64,000 nt of DNA from positions 31,432 through 95,431 of the forward strand of contig CAVPPH010000009.1 in NCBI GenBank assembly GCA_963707275.1, in the 5' to 3' direction. Below, piece by piece: positions 32,194 through 42,235 of this stretch (the stretch's first letter is position 1; every line of letters begins with the position of its first letter). A model generated the notes under the pieces. That model searched no databases and had not been told where the DNA came from. It saw only the letters and a program-made list of their open reading frames with translations. The position numbers and the translations under genes are program-made. This DNA comes from an uncultured Chloroflexia bacterium. Lineage in GTDB: Bacteria; Chloroflexota; Anaerolineae; JAAEKA01.

Positions 32194-34401
32194 ATGGCAG
32201 AGATCGAAGCCATCTTCGACGCCTGTCTCCTGAAGCTGGAGACGGGCGCAACAATCGAAGAGAGCTTGCACGGGCACGCGGCCGAGCAGGCGGAGATTGC
32301 TCCGCTCCTGCAGGTTGTGGCTGCCCTGCGATCTTTGGCCGATCCGGCCCCGGTGCGCGCTGAGCAGTCGCTGTGGGCGACGCGCTCGGCTTTCCTGGCC
32401 GCAGCAGGCGCGGTTCGCGACGCCGTGCCGGTTCCGGGCGAGGATGCCTTCGAGGAAAGTCTGGCTATGTTGGCCGCCGGCGCGACGACCGATGACTGTG
32501 CCGCTGTCTTTCCGAAACAAGCGACGGAACTTCGTTCGTCGCTTGACGTTGTGCAGGCATTGCAACTGGCGTCCGAGCCTGCTCCGCAGCGGGACGCAGC
32601 GCAGATCGCCAGCCAGCGGCAGGCGTTCCTGGCGGCTGCCCGTGAACAGGCGCGCCAGCAGCGCGAGCCAGGCGGATTGGCCGCAGCTCTGGCTGGCTTG
32701 TCGGCGCTGTTCCGGCAGCCTGCCTGGCGCGCCGTAGCGGTCATCTTTCTGCTGGTGGTGACCTTCTTCGGGGTTGGCGGCGCCACGCTGACGCTGGCGT
32801 CCGATGCGCTGCCGGGCGATCCGCTCTACCCGGTGAAACTGGCGGCCGAGCGAGCACAGGTGGCGATCACGCTGGACGATGGCGCGCGAGTGCAGTTGCT
32901 GGAGACGCTTGACCAGCGCCGCAGGCAGGAGGTTGACGCGGTGGTGGGCGCCGGTCGCCAGATCGAGGTCCAGTTCCCGGGAACCATCGAGTCGATGCTG
33001 GACGGCGTCTGGACAATCAGCGGGATGGCTGTGCCGATCTTCGTGCCTGGCGACGCCGAGGTGATCGGGATGCCGGCCGCTGGACGACAGGTCCTGGTGA
33101 CCGGCTACTCAGATGGTCAAGGAAGGCTGATCGTGCGCCGGGTGATCGTCTTTGGCGGCGATGGCGATGGTGCGCCGCCGCCAACGGCCACCGCGACCAA
33201 CACTGCAACCCCGGCGCGCGCGATCGTGGTTCCCGTGCGCCCGCCTGACACGCCGACTGCCAAGCCGCGCCCGACCGACACAAATGTTGGGCGGGCGACC
33301 GTCACTGCGACTGCAGCCCTGACGTCCACGCCAACTCTCACGGCGACCTTGACGTTGACGCCGTCGCTGACTGCCACGCCAACCACGACGCCGTCGGGAA
33401 CTTCCACGGTGGTTTCGCCTACGCCTACGCCGACCCTCGGAGCATATCCTGGGACCCGTTCTGGACTGATCGAAGAGATACACCAAGATTGGTGGCTGGT
33501 GAACGGCTTCCGCGTTCTCGTCAGCCCCGCCACGATAATCGACGACTCGTTGGGACCGGCTGAAGTAGGATCCGAGGTTGTGATCGAGGGTATCGCGCTG
33601 CCAGATCCGCCGGCATTTCAGGCTGTGCTGATTACTGTCACGCGGTCCAATCTGGAGTCAAAGGACTGGACTGGTGTTATCTACTCGAAGAGCGGCGCCA
33701 TCTGGCAGATTGGTGATACGACCGTCGATGTTTCTGGTGCACGTATCACCGGTACGCCGCTGATCGGAGCTACGGCCTCAGTCATTGCCAAGCGACGTGC
33801 GAACGAGATGTGGCGTGCTACCAACGTTGATGTCGAGAATGTCGACTACGTGCCTGTTTTCGGCACTATTGACTCAATATCTGGAAGTATCTGGGTTGTA
33901 GATGGCACCACGGTCAATGTCTCGGGCGCGGATTTTACCGGCCTGCCTCCTGCGGTTGGGTTATATGCAAGCATCGATGCCATTCAGAGTGGTGGACAGT
34001 TGTTTGCCGTCACCGTAAACGTCGTTGCTCAGACTGTAACGCCGACGTTCACTGTTACAACCGGAGCGCCGACTGCAACGCCAACTGGCACGCCGGGAGC
34101 GCCGACTGCAACGCCGACCGATACGCCGGGAGTGCCGACTTCGACACCCACCGGCACACCGGGAGCGCCGACACCAACGCCTACGCCCGCGCCACCGACG
34201 TCAACTCCTACGGTGGAGCCGCCAATTCCGACCAACACGCCGTCGAATCCAACGGCTACGTCAACACCGATCCCTCCAACGCCCCCTATTCCGACGTCGA
34301 CTCCAGTGCAGCCGCCTCCCACAGCGACGTTCACACCGTTCCCCACACTGCCTTTCACACCGCCGCCGCCGCCAACTTTCGAAGCGCCTGTATCTGGCTG
34401 A
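32194..34401 (+). CDS. membrane anti-sigma-like protein with DUF5667 and DUF5666 repeats and Pro/Thr-rich linkers
   Basis: Starts 2 nt after the sigma stop; TM, LPGDPLYPVK (DUF5667), repeated G-x-I-x-x-x...W-x-V-x-G units, PT tracts. Confidence 0.78.
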   Translation: MAEIEAIFDACLLKLETGATIEESLHGHAAEQAEIAPLLQVVAALRSLADPAPVRAEQSLWATRSAFLAAAGAVRDAVPVPGEDAFEESLAMLAAGATTDDCAAVFPKQATELRSSLDVVQALQLASEPAPQRDAAQIASQRQAFLAAAREQARQQREPGGLAAALAGLSALFRQPAWRAVAVIFLLVVTFFGVGGATLTLASDALPGDPLYPVKLAAERAQVAITLDDGARVQLLETLDQRRRQEVDAVVGAGRQIEVQFPGTIESMLDGVWTISGMAVPIFVPGDAEVIGMPAAGRQVLVTGYSDGQGRLIVRRVIVFGGDGDGAPPPTATATNTATPARAIVVPVRPPDTPTAKPRPTDTNVGRATVTATAALTSTPTLTATLTLTPSLTATPTTTPSGTSTVVSPTPTPTLGAYPGTRSGLIEEIHQDWWLVNGFRVLVSPATIIDDSLGPAEVGSEVVIEGIALPDPPAFQAVLITVTRSNLESKDWTGVIYSKSGAIWQIGDTTVDVSGARITGTPLIGATASVIAKRRANEMWRATNVDVENVDYVPVFGTIDSISGSIWVVDGTTVNVSGADFTGLPPAVGLYASIDAIQSGGQLFAVTVNVVAQTVTPTFTVTTGAPTATPTGTPGAPTATPTDTPGVPTSTPTGTPGAPTPTPTPAPPTSTPTVEPPIPTNTPSNPTATSTPIPPTPPIPTSTPVQPPPTATFTPFPTLPFTPPPPPTFEAPVSG
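34060..34190 (+). repeat. 33-bp coding tandem repeat (GAPTATPTGTP)
   Basis: GAPTATPTGTP GAPTATPTDTP GVPTSTPTGTP GAPTPTPTP. Confidence 0.7.
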
Positions 34402-34550
34402 TTCTAGTAGTGCGCCGGGTTGCACGCCGCTTCATGCCGGCTCGCTCGGCCTCTCTGGGAAGCGTCTTTCGCTTCTCCAGCACCGGGCTAACACCGGATA
34501 ATTGCCTGTAGACGCGTCCTGAGAAATGGATGCATCCCTGACTCGCGACT

Positions 34551-35967
34551 ATGAAACTTCTCAGCCTGATCGCCCTGCTTCTGTTCCAGTTGTTTGCAGC
34601 ACCTGGCAGGTTGCCCGCGCCACCTGACGGCGTCGTCATGGCTGAACCGCTGGGCGCGACGGTGCGTTTTTCCGGCCAGATCAGCGACGCAGGCCCGATG
34701 CGCTGGGTTGTGGCTGGCCGGCCAGTGGTCGTAGACGGTTACACCAAGATCGTCACACCGGACGGAGCGCCTGCGGCCGGGATGGCTGCCAGCGTCACGG
34801 CGCAGTGGCGGCCCGGTGAGGAATTGCGGGCGACGCTGGTCGAAGCGCGGCTGGCGCCTTATCCTCTGCAAAGCGGTTCTCGCTTTGTCAGCGGGTACGT
34901 TGATCAGATATTGCCGGACCACTGGCTGATCGGCGGCCAGCCGGTTGCTATTGATCGGGGCACTCTGGTGATCGGTGAGCCGTTGGTGGGTGCGTTTGCC
35001 GTCGCCCGGATCGCGGAGGAACCGGCTGCGCGCGTCATCGTGGTTGCGCCGGCTGGCGAGCTGCCGCTGTTCGTGAGCGGTGAGATTCTGTCGCTGGTTG
35101 CCGGCGGCTGGCTGATGCAGATCAGCGGCGGTCCGCGGTTCGTGCAGGTGCCCGACAGCGCCTACGTCGAAGGGCGACCGGTCGTGGGCGCACATGTCGA
35201 TCTGATGGCGCTGGAGGGGCAGAACGGCGCGGTGCAGGCGCTCTACGGGGTGGTGACCGCGCCTGTGGCCGGGACGGTCGTGTTGAGCGGCCGGCTGCTG
35301 GCAAAGGTCGATGGAACGCAGCCGGAGCAATGGCTGGTGCTGCTGGATGGCAACGATGATGAGCTGGCCGCGGAGACCATCGTGGTCGATCGCCAGGTCA
35401 CCCTCATCGACGAGCGTTACGGTCCGGCGCAGGAGGGCGTGTGGCTGGAAGTGACTGCGACGTCGCAGCCGCTGGCGTCTCGCTGCCTGGTTTGCCCAAA
35501 GCGTTCGGGTCGCTGCCGGCCCGCTGGACATCGTCGAGGGTGAGATCGAACGTGTCGATGGATTGCTTGACGGCGGTGTGGTGCGTGTGGCTGGGCAAGA
35601 CGTAATCCTGGACGCCGGATCGCAGCTCGACGGCCGGCTGCGTGTGGGCCGTTATGCGTTGGTGCATGGGTCGCGCCATGCCTCCACCATCCTCTGGGCA
35701 GCGCAGATGGATGTGCGCTATCGCTTCAGTGGCACGCTGATCGAACGGGTTCACCATGAGAACATGGAAACGTGGGTGATTTCAGTTCAAATCACCGAAG
35801 CAGGCATTGACACATCCCCACAGGCTCGGGTATACTTGCTGGTAGATCATTCAACTCAGGTAGATCCGACATTGCAGAACGCATCCGCAGGAGTTCCAGT
35901 TTCTATACAGGCCCGCGCCGCTGATGGCGGCTGGGTTGGTGACTGGATCGAGGATATGCGGATGTGA
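34551..35967 (+). CDS. secreted DUF5666-repeat protein; frameshift near 35495
   Basis: Signal peptide; repeated G-x-V...W-x-I/V-x-G units; continues into 35563-35967. Confidence 0.7.
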
Positions 35968-37445
35968 CGGCAGCGTCGGATACCACAACGCCAGAAGCTT
36001 CGCCGGCAGTGAAACAACAGATAACGGTCCGGATCGCCACCAACACTATCGCTGCGCCGGAATCGCGACAGCCGCTTCTCCTCAGCGGACTGTTGTTGTG
36101 CGCGGCCGCGCTGGTTGGCTTGATCAGTGGACTCGTCCTTGGCGGCATCAGACCTGCCGGTCTTGATCTGGCATTTCCCCAAGTCCCTCGACTCTCACTT
36201 GATTTCGTACATCATTTGGTTACTGCCAGCCTGCCGGAAGCTGCTGGCCATCCCGTCCTCGCGCCAGACACGACAAGCGCCTGGTCCATCGTCGCACCCA
36301 CCGCCGCAGGGAGAAAATTCCGCATGTCTGAACTCGTCCCAACTGATCCCAGTACCGAGCAGCCGATGTTGGTACCAGGCTGGTCGCAGCCGCGCAATCT
36401 GTCCAATTCCCCGGCCCGAGTGGTAAACCCGGTGCTGCTAGCCGGTTCTGGTGGTCAGGTGCACGCGCTTTGGGAGGAGAACAACCGCATCTACCATTCG
36501 TTCCGACGGAATGGCGTCTGGTCCAATCCCAGTTCCATGGTGACCGGGTTCCAGCCCGCGGCGGGTTTGGCCGCGGATGGCAGCGTGCATCTTGTCTTCA
36601 GCAGCCAGTTCTTTGGCCGCTACCGGGTGTTTCACGCGATCTGGAACGGTGACTACTGGTCGCTGCCCAAACTGGTCTCCAAGACCAGCGGCAACTCGAC
36701 CTCGCCGGCGGTGGCTATCGACCGGTCGGGGCTGGTGCATGCCAGTTGGGCTGACACCGCGCCCGGCTTCTCGATCATCTACCATGGCTGGCTGGAGTCG
36801 ACCTGGCTCAACGAGCCGATCCAGAACGCGCGCGGCGATATCCCCGCGTTGGCGGCGGACAGCAAGCAGGACAAACTCTATCTGGCCTATCAGTCGCCGA
36901 GCCTGGCAACCGGGAAGCGCGAGATCTACTTCGCACAGGGCCATGTCTACAGTTGGCCCGCGCCAGAAAATGTCTCGCTGACGCCCGATACGGAGTCGAT
37001 GAACGCGGCGCTGGCCAGCGACGGCGAGAGCAAGGTGCATCTGGTGTGGCAGGAAGTGGTCGGCAACAAATCCCGAGTTCGTTATCGGTCGGGACTCCAA
37101 TCTAACTGGTCTGCAAGCCAGGACATCTCCGATCCAGCGCAGGACGCGCATTATGCCGCGATCGCTGTGACACAATCCAGTCAGGTCAGTGTAGTCTGGC
37201 AGCAAGGGACGAGTCTCATCTACCGTAAGCGATTCACGGGCGCCGAGGCGTGGGATACCGCGAAGGTGCTTGTGAGCAACAGCAGCGGCCTTGGCGACCC
37301 GGTGCTGGCGGGCGCGCCCAACGGCGAGATCAACCTGGCCTGGACGGGCTGGCTCAACAGCAGTGAGCGCGACCTGTTCCTTAGCCAGCACGAGGCGCTG
37401 TTGCGTCCCAAGATGTTCATTCCGAGTGTCGTAACGGGGCGTTAG
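35964..37445 (+). CDS. membrane/secreted protein with beta-propeller-like repeats
   Basis: N-terminal TM, then repeated WSxPxNLS...P...A...DG-VHLVW units. Confidence 0.7.
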   Translation: MTAASDTTTPEASPAVKQQITVRIATNTIAAPESRQPLLLSGLLLCAAALVGLISGLVLGGIRPAGLDLAFPQVPRLSLDFVHHLVTASLPEAAGHPVLAPDTTSAWSIVAPTAAGRKFRMSELVPTDPSTEQPMLVPGWSQPRNLSNSPARVVNPVLLAGSGGQVHALWEENNRIYHSFRRNGVWSNPSSMVTGFQPAAGLAADGSVHLVFSSQFFGRYRVFHAIWNGDYWSLPKLVSKTSGNSTSPAVAIDRSGLVHASWADTAPGFSIIYHGWLESTWLNEPIQNARGDIPALAADSKQDKLYLAYQSPSLATGKREIYFAQGHVYSWPAPENVSLTPDTESMNAALASDGESKVHLVWQEVVGNKSRVRYRSGLQSNWSASQDISDPAQDAHYAAIAVTQSSQVSVVWQQGTSLIYRKRFTGAEAWDTAKVLVSNSSGLGDPVLAGAPNGEINLAWTGWLNSSERDLFLSQHEALLRPKMFIPSVVTGR

Positions 37446-37699
37446 AAACTGTGGTAAATAGCTTGGCGGGGTGACACGGTCGGCCTCTCCGGGGTGCAAG
37501 CAAAGACCGGCCAGAACGTGAAGTTAATGCTGGACAGTTGCTTAGCAGACAACAGGGGGCTGCGGCGGTGCGGTCTTATCGACCTGCCTGCGCGCGCAGA
37601 TTAACCGCAAGCGGTGGGTCGCTAAGATCGTCGCTGCGCAGGTGTTCTTCGGGGACATCAAGATCGCCGTGGGCAGGGTCGCGCGCGATGACCGGGCGA

Positions 37700-37999
37700 T
37701 CAGGTGCTGACGACCGAGTTGTCGCTGTCATAGACGTTGGGAACATAATCATCGGCGTGCCAGTCGTTGTGCCAGGTCACGCCGTCCACGAGGTAGCGAA
37801 ACTGGTAGTCGCGCCCGCGTTCCAGTTCCAATTGGTGCATCCACAGGCCGCGGCGCTTGTCCAACGTCATCGGCGTGTCAGTTTCGCTCCAGTCGTTGAA
37901 GTCGCCCACCAGATGCACGGTTTTGGCGCGCACGGCCGCAGCGTATTCGAATGTTACCTGTGTTTTGTCCGCGGACGGGACGATTTCTTTCTTGATCAT
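37700..37999 (-). CDS. isoamylase early-set / CBM48-like carbohydrate-binding protein
   Basis: VTF...VHLVGDFNDW...W...LELERGRDYQFRYLVDG..WHND..AD.YVPN. Confidence 0.85.
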   Translation of the reverse strand: MIKKEIVPSADKTQVTFEYAAAVRAKTVHLVGDFNDWSETDTPMTLDKRRGLWMHQLELERGRDYQFRYLVDGVTWHNDWHADDYVPNVYDSDNSVVST

Positions 38000-38058
38000 C
38001 GCTGCGCTACTGTAGCATATTCGCCTGCACCTGACAAAACCAGCATCGGCTCCCTTAC

Positions 38059-38087
38059 TTGACGAAAGCCCTCCGACAACGTAGAAT
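38059..38087 (+). promoter_or_regulatory. sigma70 promoter for ffh
   Basis: TTGACG-17 nt-TAGAAT. Confidence 0.7.
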
Positions 38088-38127
38088 GAACCCGTCCTAC
38101 ATTGCCTTCTGAACGAGGAAAACCCCG

Positions 38128-39469
38128 ATGTTTGAAACGCTTACTGATAAGTTGCAGCGCGCCTTCGATGGGCTGGCAAGCCGCGGCCGGCTGACCGAAG
38201 CCGACGTGGATGTCGCCATGCGAGAGGTGCGCCTGGCGTTGCTGGAAGCCGACGTCAACTACAAGGTCGTCAAGGATTTCGTGGCGCGTGTCAAGGCGCG
38301 GGCTATCGGCGCCGAGGTGATGAAAAGCCTGACGCCGGCCCAGCAGGTCGTCAAGATTGTCAACGAGGAACTGATCCAGGTGCTGGGCGAGCCGGCCAAG
38401 CTGGACCTGTCCGGCCCGACGCCGCACGTCATCATGATGGTTGGTCTGCAAGGTTCCGGCAAGACCACCACATCAGCCAAGCTGGCGTTGACGTTGCGCA
38501 AGGGCAACCAGCGGCCGCTGCTGGTCGCGGCGGACACCTATCGCCCGGCCGCCATTCACCAGCTTGAGGTCCTCGGTAAGTCGCTGGACATTCCAGTCCA
38601 CAGCGAGGGCGACAAAGTTGCTCCACCCGTGATTTGCAGCAATGCAGTCAAGCGCGCCCGCGAAATCGGCCTACACGGTGGTCATCCTGGATACGGCCGG
38701 CCGCTTGCAGATCAACGAAGAGATGATGGCCGAGCTGGACGAGATCAAGGCGCGCACTAAGCCGCAGGAGATCCTGCTGGTGGCCAACTCCATGACCGGC
38801 CAGCAGGCTGTTAACGTGGCTCAGACCTTCAACGACCGGCTGGGCGTCACCGGCCTGATCCTGACCAAGGTGGACGGCGACGCGCGCGGCGGCGCAGCCA
38901 TTTCCATGCGCGAGGTGACCGGCGTTCCGATCAAGTATCTGGGCGTCGGCGAGAAGACCGACGCGCTGGAGGTGTTTCACCCTGACCGCATGGCCAGCCG
39001 CATTCTGGGCATGGGTGACATGCTCAGTCTCATCGAGCGTGCCCAGTCGACGATGGACCAGGAGAAGTCCATGTCGGCGGCCAAGCGCATGATGAAGGGC
39101 GAGTTCGACCTGGATGATTTCATGCAGCAGATGCAACAGGTGCGCAAGATGGGGCCGCTGAGTCAGATCATGGACATGATTCCCGGCTTCCGCGGCGTGA
39201 CAAAAGACCTGTCTCCGGACGTGACCGACACGCAGATGCGACGCATCGAGGCCATCATCAGTTCCATGACGCTGGACGAGCGCCGCCACCCCGAGACCAT
39301 GAACGCGAGCCGCAAGCGACGTGTGGCGCGTGGCTCTGGCACTGAGGTGCAGGACATCAACGAGCTGCTGTCGCAGTTCAAACAGATCAAGCGCATGATG
39401 AAGCAGATGTCTGAGACAGGCGGCAAGCGACGCGGCAAGTTCCCCGGGTTTCCAGGGATGATGGGTTGA
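38128..39469 (+). CDS. ffh: signal recognition particle protein; frameshift near 38655
   Basis: REVRLALLEADV, GLQGSGKTT, DTYRPAA, DTAGRL, TKVDGDARGG, RMASRILGMGD, Met-rich M domain with SRKRRVARGSG. Confidence 0.96.
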
Positions 39470-39470
39470 G

Positions 39471-39911
39471 ATGAGTACAATTCCGACATCGATATTCAGC
39501 AAGTTGTACGAACAGGATAGTCTGCGCAATACAGATGACGGCTTTGAAGTGCGATTCCGTAACCGCCTGGCTCCGACCACGCTGATCGGCGTCGGACCGT
39601 TGAGCATCGACGACGAGCAATATTCTGGTGAACAGTTGATCGTCCAGCTTGAACGGCCACGAGAGGGCTATTCCCGGCCGCCGACGCCCATCGTGCGCAC
39701 GGGTAAGGAGATCAGCGAGGAGAGGCCGGTTTCCTTTGGCGTCAACACAATTGCGCGTCTCGCTGTCAGTGGTTGGCAACTAAGCCCCGGTTCCTATCGC
39801 GTGGCGCTGGCCATGTCTACCAAGGAGGTCGGTGACATCACAGTGACGGCGGATGACGAGATTGCGGGTGACGATGCGGCGACGACGCCACCGAATGAAT
39901 TCGGTGTCTGA
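39471..39911 (+). CDS. hypothetical protein, probably co-transcribed with ffh
   Basis: Starts 1 nt after the ffh stop; plausible globular sequence KLYEQDSLRNTDDGFEVRFRNRLAP. Confidence 0.7.
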   Translation: MSTIPTSIFSKLYEQDSLRNTDDGFEVRFRNRLAPTTLIGVGPLSIDDEQYSGEQLIVQLERPREGYSRPPTPIVRTGKEISEERPVSFGVNTIARLAVSGWQLSPGSYRVALAMSTKEVGDITVTADDEIAGDDAATTPPNEFGV

Positions 39912-40027
39912 CACGACAAAAGTATGCTGAAGCATACTGCTGCACAAGCGGTGGTCCGCTCGCCGGGCCACCGAATGAATTCGGTGTCTGATACAGCCAA
40001 AGTATGCTGAAGCATACTGCTGCACAA
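39888..40027. repeat. two 60-bp direct repeats (80-bp period), each holding two hairpins
   Basis: caccgaat-ga-attcggtg and agtatgct-ga-agcatact in both units (39888-39947 and 39968-40027). Confidence 0.85.
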
Positions 40028-40049
40028 TTCTTCCGAAAGGCGAATATCC

Positions 40050-41162
40050 ATGGCAGATCAGTTGCGCCGCACGGCGCTCTACGACGAACATGTGAAACTC
40101 AGCGGGCGCATCGTGCCTTTTGCCGGCTGGGAACTGCCGGTGCAGTACGACAACCTGGGACCGACCGTGGAACACAACGCAGTTCGCTCGGCGGCCGGGC
40201 TGTTCGACATCGACCACATGGGCCAGGTCGACGTGCAGGGGCCGGACGCACTGGCTTTCTTGCAGCACGTCCAGGTCGGCGATATGAGTGACCTGCCGGT
40301 GCAGGGCGCGCGCTACAGCCTGATGTGCTATGCCGACGGCGGCGTGGTGGACGACATCTTCGTCTACCGGCTGGCGGAGGAGCGCTGGTGGGTGGTGATC
40401 AACGCCTCCAACCGCGCCAAGGACGTGGCATGGATGCAGGCGCACGCCACTGGTTTTGACATAACGTTGGATGACATCTCCGACGCGACCTACATGCTGG
40501 CATTGCAAGGCCCCAACGCGCAGGCCATCCTGCAGCGCCTGACGCCGGCTGATCTGGACGCCATGCCGTTCCACTCCTGCCTAGAGACCGAGGTGGCGGG
40601 CATCCCGACGCTGTTGGGCGCGACTGGCTACACGGGGGAATATGGCTACGAGCTTTTCTTCCCGGTGGAGCAGGCGGTTGCCATGTGGAACACACTGCTG
40701 GCGGAGGGCAATGCGGATGGCCTGCTGCCCTGCGGTCTGGCGGCGCGCAATTCGCTGCGCTTCGAGCCATGCCTGCCGCTCTACGGTCACGAAATCGAGC
40801 AGGACATCGACCCGGTCAGCGCGCGGTTGAGCTGGGCCATCAGTTTCAGCAAGGGCGATTTCGTGGGACGGGACGCGTTGCTCAAGCTCAAGCTGGAGGG
40901 GACCAGCCATCTGCTGGTCGGCTTCGAAATGGTCGACAAGGCGGTGCCGCGTGGCGGCTACGCGGTCGCGGTGGACGGGGTGCCGGTGGGTGAGGTGACG
41001 ACCGGCATGAAGTCGCCCACCACGGGTCGTTTCGTCGGGCTGGCCTACGTGCCGGCCGCCCGTGCCAAGTTGGGCAGCGAGATTGACATCGTGATCCGCG
41101 ACCAGCCCAAGCGGGCTGTGGTGGTCAGGCGGCCGTTTTACCTGGCGGCCTATCGCCGTTGA
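40050..41162 (+). CDS. gcvT: glycine cleavage system aminomethyltransferase T
   Basis: LRRTALY, PFAGWELPVQY, LFDIDHMG, GYTGEYGYE, GLAAR(N)SLRFE..LPLYG. Confidence 0.95.
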   Translation: MADQLRRTALYDEHVKLSGRIVPFAGWELPVQYDNLGPTVEHNAVRSAAGLFDIDHMGQVDVQGPDALAFLQHVQVGDMSDLPVQGARYSLMCYADGGVVDDIFVYRLAEERWWVVINASNRAKDVAWMQAHATGFDITLDDISDATYMLALQGPNAQAILQRLTPADLDAMPFHSCLETEVAGIPTLLGATGYTGEYGYELFFPVEQAVAMWNTLLAEGNADGLLPCGLAARNSLRFEPCLPLYGHEIEQDIDPVSARLSWAISFSKGDFVGRDALLKLKLEGTSHLLVGFEMVDKAVPRGGYAVAVDGVPVGEVTTGMKSPTTGRFVGLAYVPAARAKLGSEIDIVIRDQPKRAVVVRRPFYLAAYRR

Positions 41163-41173
41163 GCATACGAAAA

Positions 41174-41207
41174 AAGACTGGCAGTCCTTCCGAGGACTGC
41201 CAGTCTT
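41174..41207. terminator. intrinsic terminator between convergent gcvT and K+ channel genes
   Basis: 15-bp stem aagactggcagtcct-tccg-aggactgccagtctt preceded by an A run. Confidence 0.75.
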
Positions 41208-41335
41208 GGTGGCAACTGAAGCCGGTCTGGTGTGCGCCAGGCCGGTGTTTTTTTTTGTTGTTTCCCAAACTGGTTGAGCGAGATCTCAGGACCACGGTTG
41301 GTTCTTGAAGCAGTCAGTAGAGCGTACGAAACGAG

Positions 41336-42199
41336 TTAGCTCGTTTCGTACGCGCCATTCTCTTGTTCAAGCAGGCCGTCGAATTCATCTAACTTGGCCT
41401 TTAAGTCGGCGGTCGCCTTTTCCTGCGCCTCGATCAGTCGCTTGAGTTCAGCAATCTTGGCCTTCGGGTCGTTGCTGTCTGCCGCAACAGCCTCTTCTTT
41501 TGCTTCCTCCGCCGTGGACGGAGCGAGAAACAAATTGGCCAGAAAACCGCTCAATGTACCGAACAGGCCCACGCCGGCGGTCATCACGAAGATGCCAACG
41601 ATTCGGCCGGTGTTGGAGACGGGATACTGGTCGCCGTAGCCCACCGTGGTAATCGTTACATAGGCCCACCAGATGGCATCGGAGGCTGAGGTGATGTTGG
41701 CGTCGGGCGCGCCGCTTTCTGCGGCCAGGACGGCCAGCGAGCCGAACTCCAGCACGCACAGCACCAGGAAGAAGACCGTGTAGAGGGCGTTTTCAGCGCG
41801 ATGGGTGATGAACTCGCGCCACAGATTGCCTGCCCCAAACTCGATGATGAGTCGCAGAACCCGCCAGAGTCGAAAGACACGGAATATCTTGACGTTGGGG
41901 AATGGCAGGCTGGACAGCAGGTCAGCCCAGCCAAATTTGCGAAAGAAATAAGTAGACTTGCTTTCAGTCGTAAAGAAGCGGTAGAAGAAGTCAAACAGGA
42001 AGATTGGAAGCAGGATGACGTTGATGATCCCCACAACGTACGCCAGATTCTGGTCGCTCTGCAGAATAATGAGCAATATCAGATTGACGATTGAGAGCAG
42101 GGACAGTGCGCCGAGAAACAGCTCGTAGCCAACGGGCTTGAGTTCGCGATGTTTTGGGGTTGCTGATGGTGCTGATGTCGTTGCTGCTTGTGCGGTCAT
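41336..42199 (-). CDS. 6-TM potassium channel / ion transporter
   Basis: S4 KIFRVFRLWRVLRL, pore DAIWWAYVTITTVGYGD, C-terminal coiled coil. Confidence 0.92.
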   Translation of the reverse strand: MTAQAATTSAPSATPKHRELKPVGYELFLGALSLLSIVNLILLIILQSDQNLAYVVGIINVILLPIFLFDFFYRFFTTESKSTYFFRKFGWADLLSSLPFPNVKIFRVFRLWRVLRLIIEFGAGNLWREFITHRAENALYTVFFLVLCVLEFGSLAVLAAESGAPDANITSASDAIWWAYVTITTVGYGDQYPVSNTGRIVGIFVMTAGVGLFGTLSGFLANLFLAPSTAEEAKEEAVAADSNDPKAKIAELKRLIEAQEKATADLKAKLDEFDGLLEQENGAYETS

Positions 42200-42235
42200 G
42201 GATACATGCCTCCAGGATCAGGCTGAATCGATGGA

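Noticed and set aside
34405-34490. SAM-I-like riboswitch on the minus strand (AGAG...ATGAA...GCAACC)
   Set aside because: P1, the pseudoknot and P4 are missing, and the orientation is antisense to the flanking genes.
37446-37699. Structured ncRNA (SRP RNA or cyclic-dinucleotide riboswitch) near ffh
   Set aside because: No SRP GGAA-loop domain or GEMM/ydaO consensus recognized; it lies between convergent genes.
39888-40027. Mini CRISPR array
   Set aside because: Only two 60-bp units with a 20-nt spacer; lengths do not fit CRISPR and there are no cas genes.
39912-40049. Glycine riboswitch upstream of gcvT
   Set aside because: The conserved GGAGA, CCGAAG and CTCTCAGG aptamer segments are not found in the right order.
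41322-41353. Perfect 14-bp hairpin with the K+ channel stop codon in its loop as a recoding signal
   Set aside because: A recoding hairpin would follow the stop rather than enclose it; a terminator or REP is more likely.
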